In this document: piece after piece, positions 1 to 12,660 of the stretch | How the letters are laid out: each line of letters opens with the position of its first letter | How positions within the stretch are numbered: position 1 is the first letter of the stretch | Source: Paramecium tetraurelia | Lineage: Eukaryota | Length of the DNA stretch: 64,000 nucleotides | Assembly: GCA_000165425.1 (NCBI GenBank) | Contig: CT868563.1 | Location: 186,001 to 250,000 of the forward strand | Reading direction: 5' to 3' | Notes under the pieces: generated by a model | What the model saw: only the letters and a program-made list of their open reading frames with translations | Database searches by the model: none | Told to the model about the DNA's origin: nothing | Position numbers and translations under genes: made by a program

Positions 1-2
1 TA

Positions 3-2770
3 AACTTGAATTATACAGGAAATCAAACAGTTCGGATATAAAATAGCTAAAATTAAATTATGGAGGTGGGCTATAATATTTCGTTAATGTGTGTGGACAA
101 ACAAAAGCCTTTAGTAACTAAGGTATTAACTATTTCCCCAAGGTTTATAATAGTTAATCAAACTTAAAAAACTATTCATGTGTTGCAGGAATCAATTCAT
201 CAATATTTAGAGATCAACTCAATGGATAGAAAACCTTTAGTTTGGTATTCATTGCGCTATTAATATATCTCAATTCATTATCTAGATGATAATATAGAAT
301 GGAAACCTACTAACCCAATTGATCCAAATGGAAATGGGTTCTAATGTTTTACTATGAGAGCTGTTAATAATTAATAAATAACCAAACATTTCAATTGTAT
401 AACAAAAATAGACAATCAAATAGTTTACCTGATTATTTTAGAATGCAAATCAATAGATCCATTAAGTTCAATGATTGGTTAAACATAAATAAACTCTATT
501 CATCAATAATAATAATCATAAATCAACAACATAAATTAGGTGGATCCTCCTTATGTAATAGTTAATAATTTGGAATTAGTGACATTGATTTGTTATCAAT
601 ATTGTTGTTCAGATGAGAAGTATAGTCATCGCTATTAATTCAATGAATACAAGTTGTATATAAATAATAATTAGCAATGTGCCTTTTCATGGGAATATCC
701 TTGCGAAAGAAGGGAGTTAGCAATACACCTCTAATTTGAAGGAGATTTAAGCACTCATTATAGATTAAATCCAATATATATCAATCTTGAAGAAGCAGAG
801 GCAGTTCAAGAGTATATAATTTCAAGTTTAATAAGTGAATAACAACAGTACAAATTTTATATCATTTCACTTTGGGAAGGTGCTAGTAGGAAATTAAAGT
901 TCTAATAAAAGGTGTAGGACTAATAAAATTAACATGACACTAACATTCTAAAATTCGATGTCAATTTAAATCAAGTAGGCATTTCCTTGATAGATTAATG
1001 TTACACTAAAAGAGTAGAGTTGATTTTCATATATTTCGAAGGACTTGAATTCAATTTATTATAAACAACGCAGAGTAAGAGGTCTGAATTCAGAGTGAAA
1101 TACATCAACATTGATAATAATACATCCAGTAAGACTATGTTCCCTGTTATTTTTACTCCTACTGCCTAAAAAGAGATCTTTGAGTTTAATAAGCCTCATC
1201 TGTCATTGGTACTTGAACAATCCACCTAAGTCAAATCGATTTCATTAATTAAAAACTTTACTGCTTGTTTACAACCTACTACAATAAGATTGACATCTGA
1301 GATGCTCGAAATACTCTATTCTGTTTATAAATAGATTACATTATCGTTCATTTCCAATAGGCAAAGTGAAGAGTAATTGAAATAGTTTGACTTTGAATTT
1401 GCGATCAGCCAAGATGAATAGCAGATATTCCAATAAGCAAATAGTTTAACATTATCAAATAAGGTTTAGAGTAAATATGGAGTAGGATCCTTTGGACAAT
1501 AGAACTTAATAGAATGGCAGGAGTTAGAGATCCAGTTGAATGATCAATAAGCAACATATATTAACAAGATTGAGATATCTCCTTTGAACTTTAACTTGAC
1601 CTTCTACAGTAGTGCGAAGACGAATTTACATTATAATATGCTGATGCAAATTTTTAAGACTATAGGTATTGTTATAGGCAATATTGATGATGCTCCACTG
1701 ATATTGGGGGGTATATTTTTGGAGAATTCGTTTGATACATCCAATGCCATTCTTAATAAATTAACTACTCATTATAAAGATATGCTCTTTAATTTGATCC
1801 TGAAATTAATAGGTTCCATCGAATTCTTTGGCAATCCTGTTGGATTGGTAAAGCATTTAGCAAAAGGAGTTTATGATCTATTTGATAAGCCACTTGAAGG
1901 GTTCATTAAGGGGCCAGTTGAAGGTAGCATAGGTATAGTGAGAGGGGCAGGCAGTTTAGTATAGAATACAGTAAGCGGAGTATCAAATTCAACGAGCAAG
2001 ATTGCTGGTAGTATTAGTGGTAGTCTGGCATATATCAGTTTAGATAAACAGTATAAACAGTAGAGAGAATAAATTAGAGTTGTGAAGCCTAATTAAATTA
2101 TATCTGGGATTTATTTAGGAGGGAGATTGTTGTATATATCATTGAACAGAGCCTTTGTTGGAGTGTTCGATATCCCTGTTACTTAAGCAAGGAGAAAAGG
2201 GATTAAAGGATTGACTATTGGGGTTCTTGAAGGGACAGCTGGATTCTTTATTAAGCCATTTGCAGGAGTGTTTGATTTTGTGAGTAAAACAACTGATGGT
2301 TTAAAAGCAACTGCTCAATATTGGAATGACAAGGCTAATGATAAGAGGACCAGAGACATCCGGGTAATATATTAGAAAGAATAACTATATAAAAACTATA
2401 ATGCTAGGGATGCTGAGATCATGCAATTCTTAGTCAATATCAATAATAAATTAGAAGATTATTATTATTATGATAGCTTTGAGTATGAGTCTGGAGGTGC
2501 ATAATTAGTGTTTGTTTTGATGTACTAACAATTCTTCAACTGTGACAGAAAGAAAAAGAGGTTCATTTGGTAGATTGATCCAAGCAGTGTTTAAGATATT
2601 AAGAAGATAAATGACGGTGTTTTGTTTTTGTTAAAGGAATACAACGAGAAATACAAAGTAAGATATTGCAATTTATTGAATAGGCCAAACAGGTGCAATT
2701 GCATATGACATAGTAAAGGTAGATGGATTAGGTGATATTGAAATCTTAATGGCTCTTGAGCAATATTTGA
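3..2770 (+). CDS. VPS13: VPS13 family lipid transfer protein, C-terminal part (5' end outside window)
   Basis: Code-6 frame runs from the window start: TKVLTISPRFIIVNQT (VAB/SHR-BD-like), GNIDDAPLILGGIFLENSF, GSIEFFGNPVGLVKHLAKGVYDLFDKPLEG, KPFAGVFDFVSKTTDGLK (ATG_C-like), R.RDIR. One 26-nt intron at 2658-2683. TGA at 2768-2770. Confidence 0.9.
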
Positions 2771-2795
2771 TATTATTTATTTTTAACTCACTTTG

Positions 2796-4638
2796 ATGCC
2801 AAATCTATAATCTTTGAGCAACGCCTTCAAAAAGTTTAATGTGTACACGAGACCTGTGAGTTTATTACTGTTGAAGGAGTAAGGACATAGAACATTTTTG
2901 GGTGTTTTTCTCACCACTGTTCTTGTTAGTCTTGTGATTCTGGTTTACTATAGTGGACTGGTTTCACTCATAGTTCGAAATAACCCTAGTGTCATAACCT
3001 ATACCCAATATTAGGAGCATCAAAATGCATTTTATTTGACTCCTAAAAATTTCAGCATCGCCATCGCTTAGAAGGGATACGATCTCCTGGATTCCTACAT
3101 TCTGGAGGGAGCACTTGGAGGCGTGGATAGGTAGTAACATTATTAATTATTTATAGTGAGATCTTTCAGGAAATCCCTCTGACCAAATGTACCGATTTCT
3201 AATTTAGTGATCCTTCTTTGAATGCTTACTTCGATAAGTCGGATCAAATCTGGTATTGTTTAGACTGGAGTTCCATTCGTCAAATTGTGATCGAGGGAGG
3301 TTTGGAATCCTCCAAAGACTAATCATTGTAAATCATAGTTAAACAATGCACTACAATGTATATGATTAATTTAAGCCTAGTACCTAATGTACATATCCAA
3401 ATATATTAGATAGTGATTAATTCATATTTAAAATGACATCAGCCAACACAGACATATCTAATTTCAAAACACCTGCATCTCTCATTGGCAAAACCTTCAG
3501 TCTTACATCTCTGACCAACTTTGCCAAAAAACTCAATATCATTCTTTAACCACAACAAACACAAACTGATAATGGATACATCATTCAAGACTAGTATTAG
3601 GAAACAATTCTTTCTATTTCCAACTATTACGAAACTATCCTGGATAAAGATTCTGATAAACATATCTTTGAAATCAACATTTCACTGGATCAAAAAACCT
3701 TGGTTACTTAACGATCCTACCCAAGAGTCTATCAATTCTTGGGAGATATTGGAGGTTTCTGGGAAATCATCTTTCTTTGTTCCCTCTTGTTCATTATGCC
3801 TTTCAATAATTTGTCATATAGAGTGGCTTTATTAAATGAACTATTCAATTTTGAATTAGATTACGACAATAAAATACATCCTGAAAATAGGGGCAGTACA
3901 AAAGTTAAGGAAATCTTATCTAAATCTGTTTAACTTGAAAAGTTCAATAGGATGTCCAAAGTGGCAGATCATGATGAATAATAAAAATCTAAATTACTAG
4001 ATTAAATCTCTAACGATATTACCCAATTTTTCTAGGAATAGGAAAGCAAACTAGATCTAAAATTTTTTGATTATTTTGGATGTTGCCAATGTAAAAAGGG
4101 AGGAAAAAGAGACCTCATTAATTTCTCCATGGGCAAAATCACCCACACTCTGGATATTACTTACATCATTAAAAAACTACAAGAAATCGATAAATTAAAG
4201 CTGATTTTATTGAATTCCGATTAAATCAAACTTTTTGATTATTTGCCTAAACCTAAATTAGGGTTGCATATGAAACCAAGTGAAAATGAATATTGCTCCA
4301 TCCTAAAGCCAGAACTATCTGATCTAGACAAGGCATTAGAAGCTTAGAAAGCCTTCCAAGCCCTACAAGATCACCAAGATGACATCACACCTAAATTGGT
4401 AAAACTCTTAGATGACGATCTTGTGTCCCTATTCAAATTATAACTAAATAAAGGTGTAAATCGGTTCGTTAAAAAACCAGCTTAATTGGCTGATGCAGTT
4501 TAGTAATTAATGCTCATGAATGCTAAGGAAAAGGAAAAACAGAACGAGAAAAAAAAGGACAAAAAATAAAAAAAGAAGAAACAAGATGAATCTAGCGATT
4601 CCCAAAATTCTGCATCATCTGGCTCTGAAAAGGAATGA
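2796..4638 (+). CDS. Ciliate-type two-transmembrane protein with Cys-containing ectodomain (DEG/ENaC-like topology)
   Basis: ATG 2796. TM1 TFLGVFLTTVLVSLVILVYYSGLV, then a Cys-containing loop. RSYPRVYQFLGDIGGFWEIIF precedes TM2. C-terminal LDITYIIKKLQEIDKLKLILLNSDQIKLFDYLPKPKL motif. Short introns near 3131-3157 and 3358. TGA 4636-4638. Confidence 0.8.
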
Positions 4639-4857
4639 AAAACTATATAATCTATACATCATCACATTTAATAATCTTTTTATAATTATCATTTACTAGC
4701 TTCTTTTTATATTAAATTATTCACTTTTGATTATCTATTTATGGTTTATACAAACATAGTTCAGAAATAACCAAAATTATATAATATAATACTTTATATA
4801 TAAATATATATATAAAATTTATATTTTTTCTTATCAATCCTATTGTTCCATATAAAA

Positions 4858-5490
4858 ATGATAGAATTATTAAAATAAATTTAAATGTATATATATATGA
4901 TGAAATTAATACTTCAATAAAATTAAGAAAAAGAATAAAATAATATTTCAGAAACAAATAAGTCACAAGGAAGCAATATTATTGCTAAAGTCACATGTAT
5001 TGGAGTGGCTTCAGCATCAAGTTTGGTTGCAGGATATGTACAAGTAATAAGACCAATAGGTCCCCACTTTTCTAAACGGAATTTGATGTAAGGATGTGTA
5101 GCAGGAGGGATGGCTGGAAGCATAACAGGATTTATTTTTGGAACTTTAGAAGGATGTGCTTATAAATTGATTGGACACTAAGAAACAAATATTTTTGAAA
5201 TAAGTAAAAGTAGGAGTAGGACTGGTGCTAACTGCTGGATGTTTGGCCTTATAGGAGAATTTATAGGAGAAGTTTATGCCACATTATTGGAGGTAATATT
5301 CGATGCAGCAATTGAAAGAGGGAAACTTAAATATAAAGTACCAGAAGAGAAAAAGGAAATTGAGGAGAAAGAAGAATTTGAAATTTTATAGATAGAAAGC
5401 AATATGGAGGATGATGATGATTTTGAAATTCTTTAAATAGAAAGTAATAATGAGGAGGAGGATAAAAATAAAATAAATTAATAAGATTGA
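4858..5490 (+). CDS. Small Gly-rich hydrophobic protein with acidic C-terminal tandem FEILQIESN repeats
   Basis: Uninterrupted code-6 ORF, ATG 4858 to TGA 5488-5490. Contains GCVAGGMAGSITGFIFG and MFGLIGEFIGEVY segments and the tail EEKEEFEILQIESNMEDDDDFEILQIESN. Confidence 0.7.
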
Positions 5491-5527
5491 TATTGCATTT
5501 AAATTAGTACTACTTAATACTTTATAT

Positions 5528-6487
5528 TCATTGCAAAATTTCTTAAAGTATATTTTTTATCAACTTAATACATTCCTCCAATAATTTATCATAGGATTCG
5601 TATTATTATTTATCTTGTCTTACATTAGGAAATAGCTCTAAAACTTCACTAATTTTTTTGGTTAGTCTTTCGATTTTGTTAGAAATTATGTCATTTTAGT
5701 AGAGCTATTCATTATCAATAATATTGTTAATTAAATCTTAAATTTCTTTGTTCTGTAGTGACACTTAAGTTGATTTTGATTTATGTTGTAAATTCAAATA
5801 TAAAATTACTAAAAAAGTTTATCTAAAATAAATAGCATTTATTACATTTAATCTAAATGCATAATTTTGGCTTAGAGTAATTACTAAAAGTCTTTTAATT
5901 CTCCATCTTTGTTTCGCTATATCAACCAGGATGCTTCATATAATTTCTTAATTTTTTAAAAATATCCTTGTTCAAGAATTAGTTGTGGGTCAATAGTTTA
6001 AATTATATGACTAAAATTTTCTTGTGTTTCAAGGAATTTAATCACAATATCATTCTTGGGTAATTGCTTTTTGATATCATTGAGGTAAATTTAAAATTTC
6101 TCCTTTCTTAAATTTAAAACCTCTCGATTCTCTTGAACATAGCTCTTTAAATAGTAAAATCCCGATTCCTTGGGAGGAAGCAATTTTTATATAACTTCAG
6201 GATTTTTTTTAAATAAATATTCTGAGAGCAATTCGAAATCGCCATATCTCCTTAGTACAGTAATGTTCCCGGATTTGATTGGGTAATAATAATGAGAGTT
6301 TTGGTAAACTGGGTCATCAACTAAAATAACTTAAGAAATCTCTTATTGCTGCTCTGTCAATAGATTAAAGAGTTCCTTATTGGAAGAATTATTCTAAAGT
6401 ATGTCTTTCATTCGATTATTAATCATGGCTTCAATTTTCTGAGCTAAATAGTTGAAAAATAGATTTACAATTGAGAAGGTTATCCAT
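5528..6487 (-). CDS. PX-domain protein (sorting nexin-like)
   Basis: ATG 6487, early 25-nt intron, then the PX signature VLRRYGDFELLSEYYLKK...LLPPKE...RKEKFQIYL and a helical C-terminus. TGA at 5528-5530. Confidence 0.75.
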
Positions 6488-6536
6488 ATGTAATACTATT
6501 AATTTATATATATATATATAATAGGGTAAAAATATT

Positions 6537-7257
6537 TCATTAAGATTTAGCACAGCATTGATTATTTTTAACTGCTGCTGGTTATTAGAATTATTTGAGT
6601 CCATTCTGATCTAGATGAACGGGTTTTCTGTTGGAGGCCACTGTTTACTGTTCAAATTATGATTAATTAACTAAAAGTTAATTGAAATAAGAGTACCTTA
6701 TGATTATGTTATGAGTAGAGAGTGCTCAGTGGGCAATGCCAAACAAATTTATTCCATGGCTTCTTCGATTCCCTTACCTGTCTTGGCACTCACTTCATAA
6801 TAGAGGATATCTTTTTTGATGGCATATTCCCTAGCTTCATCTGCACTGACCACTCTTTCTGCATCTATTTTATTTCCTAGAATGACAATGAGAGCTTCAT
6901 TGCCTCTTGTTTATTTCACTTCTTTGAACCATCTATCCAAACTTTCGAATGAATGTCTAGCTAAGAATATTAAAATATATTACATGTGACATCAAAAACG
7001 ATAACAGCGCATTAAGCATCTCTGACATATCCAGGAATCAATGAATGAAATCTCTCTTATCCAGCAGTGTCCCACAACAATAAGCGCATAGTTTTTCCAT
7101 CAATAGTCATATTTTTGCTTATGAAATCAATTCCAACAGTGGGCTGAGATTTTGGATCGAATGTATTTTATACAAATCGTTCGATTATACTTGTTTTACC
7201 CACAAACGAGTTTCCCAAAAAGACTAACTTTTACTTTTATCTTGCTTCTGATTACAT
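6537..7257 (-). CDS. RAB6: Rab GTPase, Rab6-like
   Basis: KLVFLGNSFVGKTSII (G1), [30 protein letters not shown] (G3, Rab6-type), GNKID, EVSAKTG. Two short introns. Ends NNQCCAKSQ-TGA. Confidence 0.9.
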
Positions 7258-7386
7258 AATATATTATTTTAGTATTTAATTTGAAATACATCACTCAAAA
7301 TTCTAAAAAGAAATTTAATTATCTCTAGGATTTTTCATCGAGGTGTATCTTAAGGTAATAAAATGTGTAACTTTAAATTAAATATA

Positions 7387-9150
7387 TCACAAGATTCTTA
7401 ATTCACTATATTAATTCCAAATGTAAGATTTTACGTTTTCAAATATATCCCCAACTTTTCTTAGTTTCATGTAATAAAATCCATTAATTAGTATAAGTTC
7501 ATAAAGATACTTATATTGTTCAGTGTTCAATAACTCGTGTTCAGTCATATTGCAAAACACGCAAACAACCTAAATATAGATCTGCAATTTACCTACACAA
7601 TTAAATTGATTGACGTGATGTATATGCCAAAAATCATCCCATAATATGCGATTTATTCGACAATACTAATGTTTGAAAACAAGGGCAGGAAGTAAAATAA
7701 AGTAATACTAAAATTATTATTCGATAATGTATAAAATGCAGTGTAGACATTAATTACAAACGTTATGAAGTAGGATAACAATAAGATGACATAGAAAAAA
7801 TGATTTGTGTTGTTTATGCATTTATTCAAGTAGATGGAGTGAAATTGAAATCCTTTGACCTAGATAAATGAGATTATTTTTTACACATAAATTACAATGA
7901 TCACAATGGTACACTTGTGCTTTTTAAACTATTTTGCATTTTGGACAAGTCCTTGTTATTTCGAAAGTCAAAAATTGCTCATCCTTCTCAAAATGCAATT
8001 TGACTGCTCTCAACAATTCTGATAGATTCTATGAATTCCCATATTCCACATCATCTTGATTTTCTCCCAAGTTGATCTCCTCTTCCAAAATGTGATGTCT
8101 ATGTTCCCCATCCCCATGGTGATGACATTCATAACTTATCTTGGGATGTCCCAAACCCTTAGATATCTTTTTGCCTTCCTCCTGTCTGCTTGTAGTTTTA
8201 GATATAAATATAATGCAATAAAATAAACTGTAGAGTGTCAGAATTAAGGAAATTAAGGAAATGCTATATCCATAGACGTCATCATTTTGCAATCTCCAAA
8301 AATTGTTCACAACAAGAACCCCAATTATAAAATAAACTACACCTATAAATGAATATTAAACGAATCTCGTATTGTGCTTTTTTATGAATTATTGGTACTT
8401 CACAGTTTCAACTATCTTTTTTATGGCTTAAGTCTTTAAATCTATTTCCTTATTAGGCATAATGTCTGGGTATGTCCTAAGCAAATATTCGACAGCATCG
8501 TTCGAATAATTAGAAATTGCTCTTATCAATGGAGTCTTGCCCTTAGAATCCTGCTGATTATAGGATTTATCGCCTTCAAAATATTTGAGCATATACACAT
8601 CATTTGTATAGGCAGCCCAATGCATTATGGTACATCCAGCATTATCTTTGACATCTGTGTTGGCTTGCAGAGCAATCAAGTAGAGTGCAATCAAGTGGTG
8701 GTTACATTTGGTGGCATAAAGAAGAGGAGTAAATTATAAATTATCTTAATCGTTGATCTTGTTTCCTAATTCTATAAAAAGCTAAACCAACTCTTGGTTT
8801 CCAAAGTGACAAGCCATCATTAAACAGCTTTATTCAATTTGAGATTTATTCAAAGGATTTGCACCCTTGACAAGTAGGTATTTGATAATGTCCTATCTTT
8901 CGAATGAGATTGCATGATGAATTAATGCATAGCCTGTGGAATCTAGTTCATCCAAATTCTCAGGAGTATGCAATACCAACAAATTAAAGTTTCCAGATTG
9001 AATTTCTTATTCAAAAAAGATTGGCTATTATCTGATTATGTCCTCTAAGTCTTCTTGTACATATTGCTATGGCTGAGGTATCAATTTAGAATCATGAGAT
9101 TCACTATTCAATTCAAGAGACTCATATTCGTCCAAAACATTATCACTCAT
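7387..9150 (-). CDS. Ankyrin-repeat + DHHC-like cysteine-rich domain membrane protein (AKR1/ZDHHC17 family), degenerate active site
   Basis: Ankyrin repeats (GCTIMHWAAYTND, GKTPLIRAISN), TM helices, CRD TCPKCKIVQKAQVYHCDHCNLC|VKGFQFHSIYLNKCINNTNH across a 25-nt intron at 7860-7884, and an NMTEHE motif where TTxE is usual. TGA 7387-7389. Confidence 0.85.
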
Positions 9151-9208
9151 TTTAATTAATATAGTCCTATAAAACTTAGAATTATATATAAAAATATTAA
9201 AATTTAAT

Positions 9209-9541
9209 ATGCGGGGATTTTTGAGCCTTGCCAAGACCATTGTTTATTCATCTTCGATTGTTAAGCCTACCTAATAAATAAAAATGCAGTTTCGATTGTA
9301 TAGAAACATTGATATGTTAGGGCAAATCAACAATTGGCTTCTTAATTCAGGTTGTGTTCCACCATTCAAATTTTGAGATTGATCAATCTACAAGGAGTTT
9401 GTTCAAATTCACAATTAGAAGAAGCAGATGGTATTTAATAAATCTTGATAAATAGAACAAGATTTGGAGTCAACCATTTCCAAAATACTTTCAGTAACTC
9501 TAAAAAGCAATACCGAGAAGCATCAATCCATAACTAAATGA
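9209..9541 (+). CDS. Small hypothetical protein (~95 aa), basic/hydroxylated N-terminus resembling a mitochondrial presequence
   Basis: ATG 9209 MRGFLSLAKTIVYSSSIVKP. The frame stays open only if two short GT..AG introns (9298-9320 and ~9431-9455) are removed. TGA 9539-9541. Confidence 0.5.
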
Positions 9542-9672
9542 TAGCATATTTGGTTTATATCTAAGATTAAATCAAAATATAAATTAAACTGCATTTTATA
9601 TCTAATTATATCTTTATGCAAATAGACGATTTATAAGATTGAAAATAAAATAAATAGTTTTGAGCATTACAT

Positions 9673-11073
9673 TCACACATTTTTGAATCCACTGGATGCC
9701 TTTTATTCATTCTAAGGGTGATGTCTAATTAAATAGGAGAATGTACATCTCTATATTCTATTTCTTTAAGTGATTATATCTAGTAAACAAAGTATCGACG
9801 GCATCATCATCCTGAGATATGTAATCCTACTTTGAGTCACATTCATTTGCCATCTGACTCAATTAATAAGTATTTTCTATTGACTTATTTAAATCATCCG
9901 GTTTTAGTAACTAAATTTACGAGATATTTTAAAACGATTTCTTTCTCTCCTATAAAATATCCTGAGTCGATGGTACTTTCAATGAATGACTACGATAATC
10001 CAAAAACATTACCATTTATTCGTTTTAGAAAAAGGTGTCTTCTCAAACTATTGCAAAGAGGCAACCTATATAATTTGGTTTTCTTATTTTTGACTAATAC
10101 TATTAGGGTTGTTATTCTAAATTGTCCAATCATAAACATCATCGTAATCAATCTTCCTAGACTGTGCCAATTTCCTAAACAACTAAATCAAGTAGTCATA
10201 GTCAGGATCACTCTAATATTACAAGGATCTTATATATCTATTTTATAATTATTGTCATTATGTACTCTAATGCTTTTGCAAATTCTATCGGCAAGTCTAT
10301 GCAAATTTCTTAAGGTGTCATTTTGATTTTCTTTTCACCCACCTATTTTTGGCGTTCCTTGTTATTCTAGCCTAACATGTTTTACCATGGCAAAGATCTA
10401 AATTCTAAGTTAACCATTTTAGTTTACCCTTTCAACATGAGAATATCAATATATATTATTGATTCCAAATCATCCTTCCTTCCTATTTCGTATCCCTTAT
10501 GCGCTGCTATAGGAGCATACCTTGTCGTACCCACAAAAGATCTCCCATCTTTAAATGGACTAAAATCAATCGAAATTATTACACATGCTTTAAATTATTA
10601 TCTCTATACAGCTTACTAATCCCAAAATCCACAATATATATCTGTTTAGAATGGTACATTATATTTTCTGGTTTCAAGTCTCTGTGCACTACTGATTTGT
10701 TATGAATTCGCCTTATAACTTATAATAAGTAATCAGTTATTATTAACACTGTTTTTAGTGAAAACTTTCTAAACTCTTTGAGATAAGCCCCGATATCCTT
10801 ACTCAATAACTATTACACTAAAACATTTGAATTATTGTCAGTTCCACTCCAGATTAATTTAGGAACTCCTTAAGTACCCTATAATCTTGTCAAAATATGT
10901 ATTTCCCTATCCAAAGTTGAATTCTTCTCCTTTTTCTCTATTTTCACAGCAACCATCTGATTTTTTATAATGTCCTCTGCTTCAAAAACCACCCCATATG
11001 ACCCTGCTGACAATTTTTTCTTCAAACGGAATTGGTTGTTAATCACCCTATTTGGACTGCTGGGAGAATTCAT
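9673..11073 (-). CDS. Casein kinase 1 family Ser/Thr kinase with low-complexity C-terminal tail
   Basis: LSAGSYGVV, VAVKIEK, HRDLKPENIM, DFGISK, GTTRYASIAAHKGYEIGRKDDLES, KGKLPWQ. Several short introns. The stop is at 9673 if the 22-nt intron at ~9725-9746 is spliced, otherwise near 9707. Confidence 0.9.
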
Positions 11074-11439
11074 ATTTTTAATAAATTAAAAAAAATAAAA
11101 ATTCAACTTTAAGCTTTTTCTAAGCATACATCAATTAATGAATTGACCTATTTAGATAACTTAATTCAAATTATAATTAAATCTAGCGATTTACAATTAA
11201 TTGTTAATTTTCTCAAAACTTATATCATACTCACTAATCCCTCCCCTTCCTTAAAATAAACATCTTCTCAACCTCAATCACCCATTATTCATACTTAACA
11301 ATAATTACTCGCTTATCTGGACGTAAATTAGTTAAATATTACTTGATTTAATGTATTTAAAAAAAGAATGGTAATAATTTACAAGTATGTAAATATAGAT
11401 AAAATTTATAATCATAACTAATCGATTATATATGGATAA

Positions 11440-12330
11440 ATCATATTTCATCTAAATTTAAACTATTAACATTTTATCAAATCCTGATTAGTCAACAATA
11501 GAAATGATCTTCTTTGTCTCTTACAACTAGTTCATACTTATTTTTCAGATGTTCGCTAAACAATTAATCAACTTACTTAAACCCCTTTATAGAATAATTA
11601 TAAATTATGCTATTAATTATTAAATTCTACTAATTAATATATGTAGAAACAATAAAAGTGAAATGTTAACTAATGATAAAATATTCTTTCAATAATTTTA
11701 ACTACTTATTTTCCTCATCAACAAAATTTTAATTAATGTTATTTGAGACTTTTTAGCTTAAGTTATTTTTTAATTATTTTTGTGGATCTAAATTTAATTG
11801 CTATATATTTCTCATTAATTCTTTCGATATTTTTTTCATTGTTTTTCAATTGAACTTTTTGTTTTTAGATTCTGTTTTAAGTTTTAATCCAATGGCAGGT
11901 AATTAATAAATTAAATTTTTTTAGATCTACATCTATTATAATAGCGAAATAGGGGGAAGTAGGAGGATTAACAGATGAAGGTTAATTCTCATCAATCAAT
12001 CAACTTTAAATGTGAATGATAATTAAGAAAAAGCATTTAAACTAATGTAAATGAGTAAAATAATTATTATGTATTTTAAACTCAGAGTGAGGAGATTGAT
12101 CAAGCTTGGCTTTATATTGGCATTCCAATTTATTGAGATTCAAGCAGGGTTTAATCGAGGAAAAATGCTTTGATCATTGGATTTTAAGCATGTAATCTAC
12201 ATCTTTCCAATTGTAAATTCCAATCACTCTACTTGATTTAGATTTACGGTTTTGGAATTCTTAGCTATTTTGAACTATTCATTAGTGAGGTTTTATTTTT
12301 TTTTTATTTTTTTTTTTGAAATAATCATTT
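11440..12330 (-). pseudogene. Probable decayed gene (coding-like fragments with in-frame TGAs)
   Basis: Coding-like stretches (VIGIYNWKDVDYMLKIQ*SKHFSSIKPCLNLNKLECQYKAKLDQ) are interrupted by TGA and frame changes that short introns do not explain. Confidence 0.25.
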
Positions 12331-12660
12331 TATTTATTTCCTTTTATATTATAATATATTTAATAGAAGGCTTTTAATTATGGTTTATAGCTTTTCTGTA
12401 TATCAATATTTCTGTTTATTGCTAATTAATTGATATTAGTTTTTAGTAGAATTTAAAGCAATAAATGTATAATTAAATTAAACTATTGTTGTCTCAAGAA
12501 AAATTTCTAATCTCAACTACTAAAGTTAATTTGACGTATCTCAATATTAAGAACCAAAGCTCTGAACCTTTATGCACTGATATTAAATTTAATTTCAATA
12601 GTCTGATAAATTATTTAAAGGTTATTGTATATTAAATATATATATTTAATAATTTCTTGA

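Noticed and set aside
1..9150. Apparent membrane-trafficking cluster (VPS13, LIR-like protein, sorting nexin, Rab6, AKR1-like)
   Set aside because: These families are large in ciliates, orientations are mixed and I see no shared regulatory motif. Chance adjacency cannot be excluded without synteny or co-expression data.
11230..11330. C-rich + strand patch upstream of CK1 (similar patch at ~63425-63490 upstream of MAPK15)
   Set aside because: No alignable shared motif. Only a compositional resemblance.
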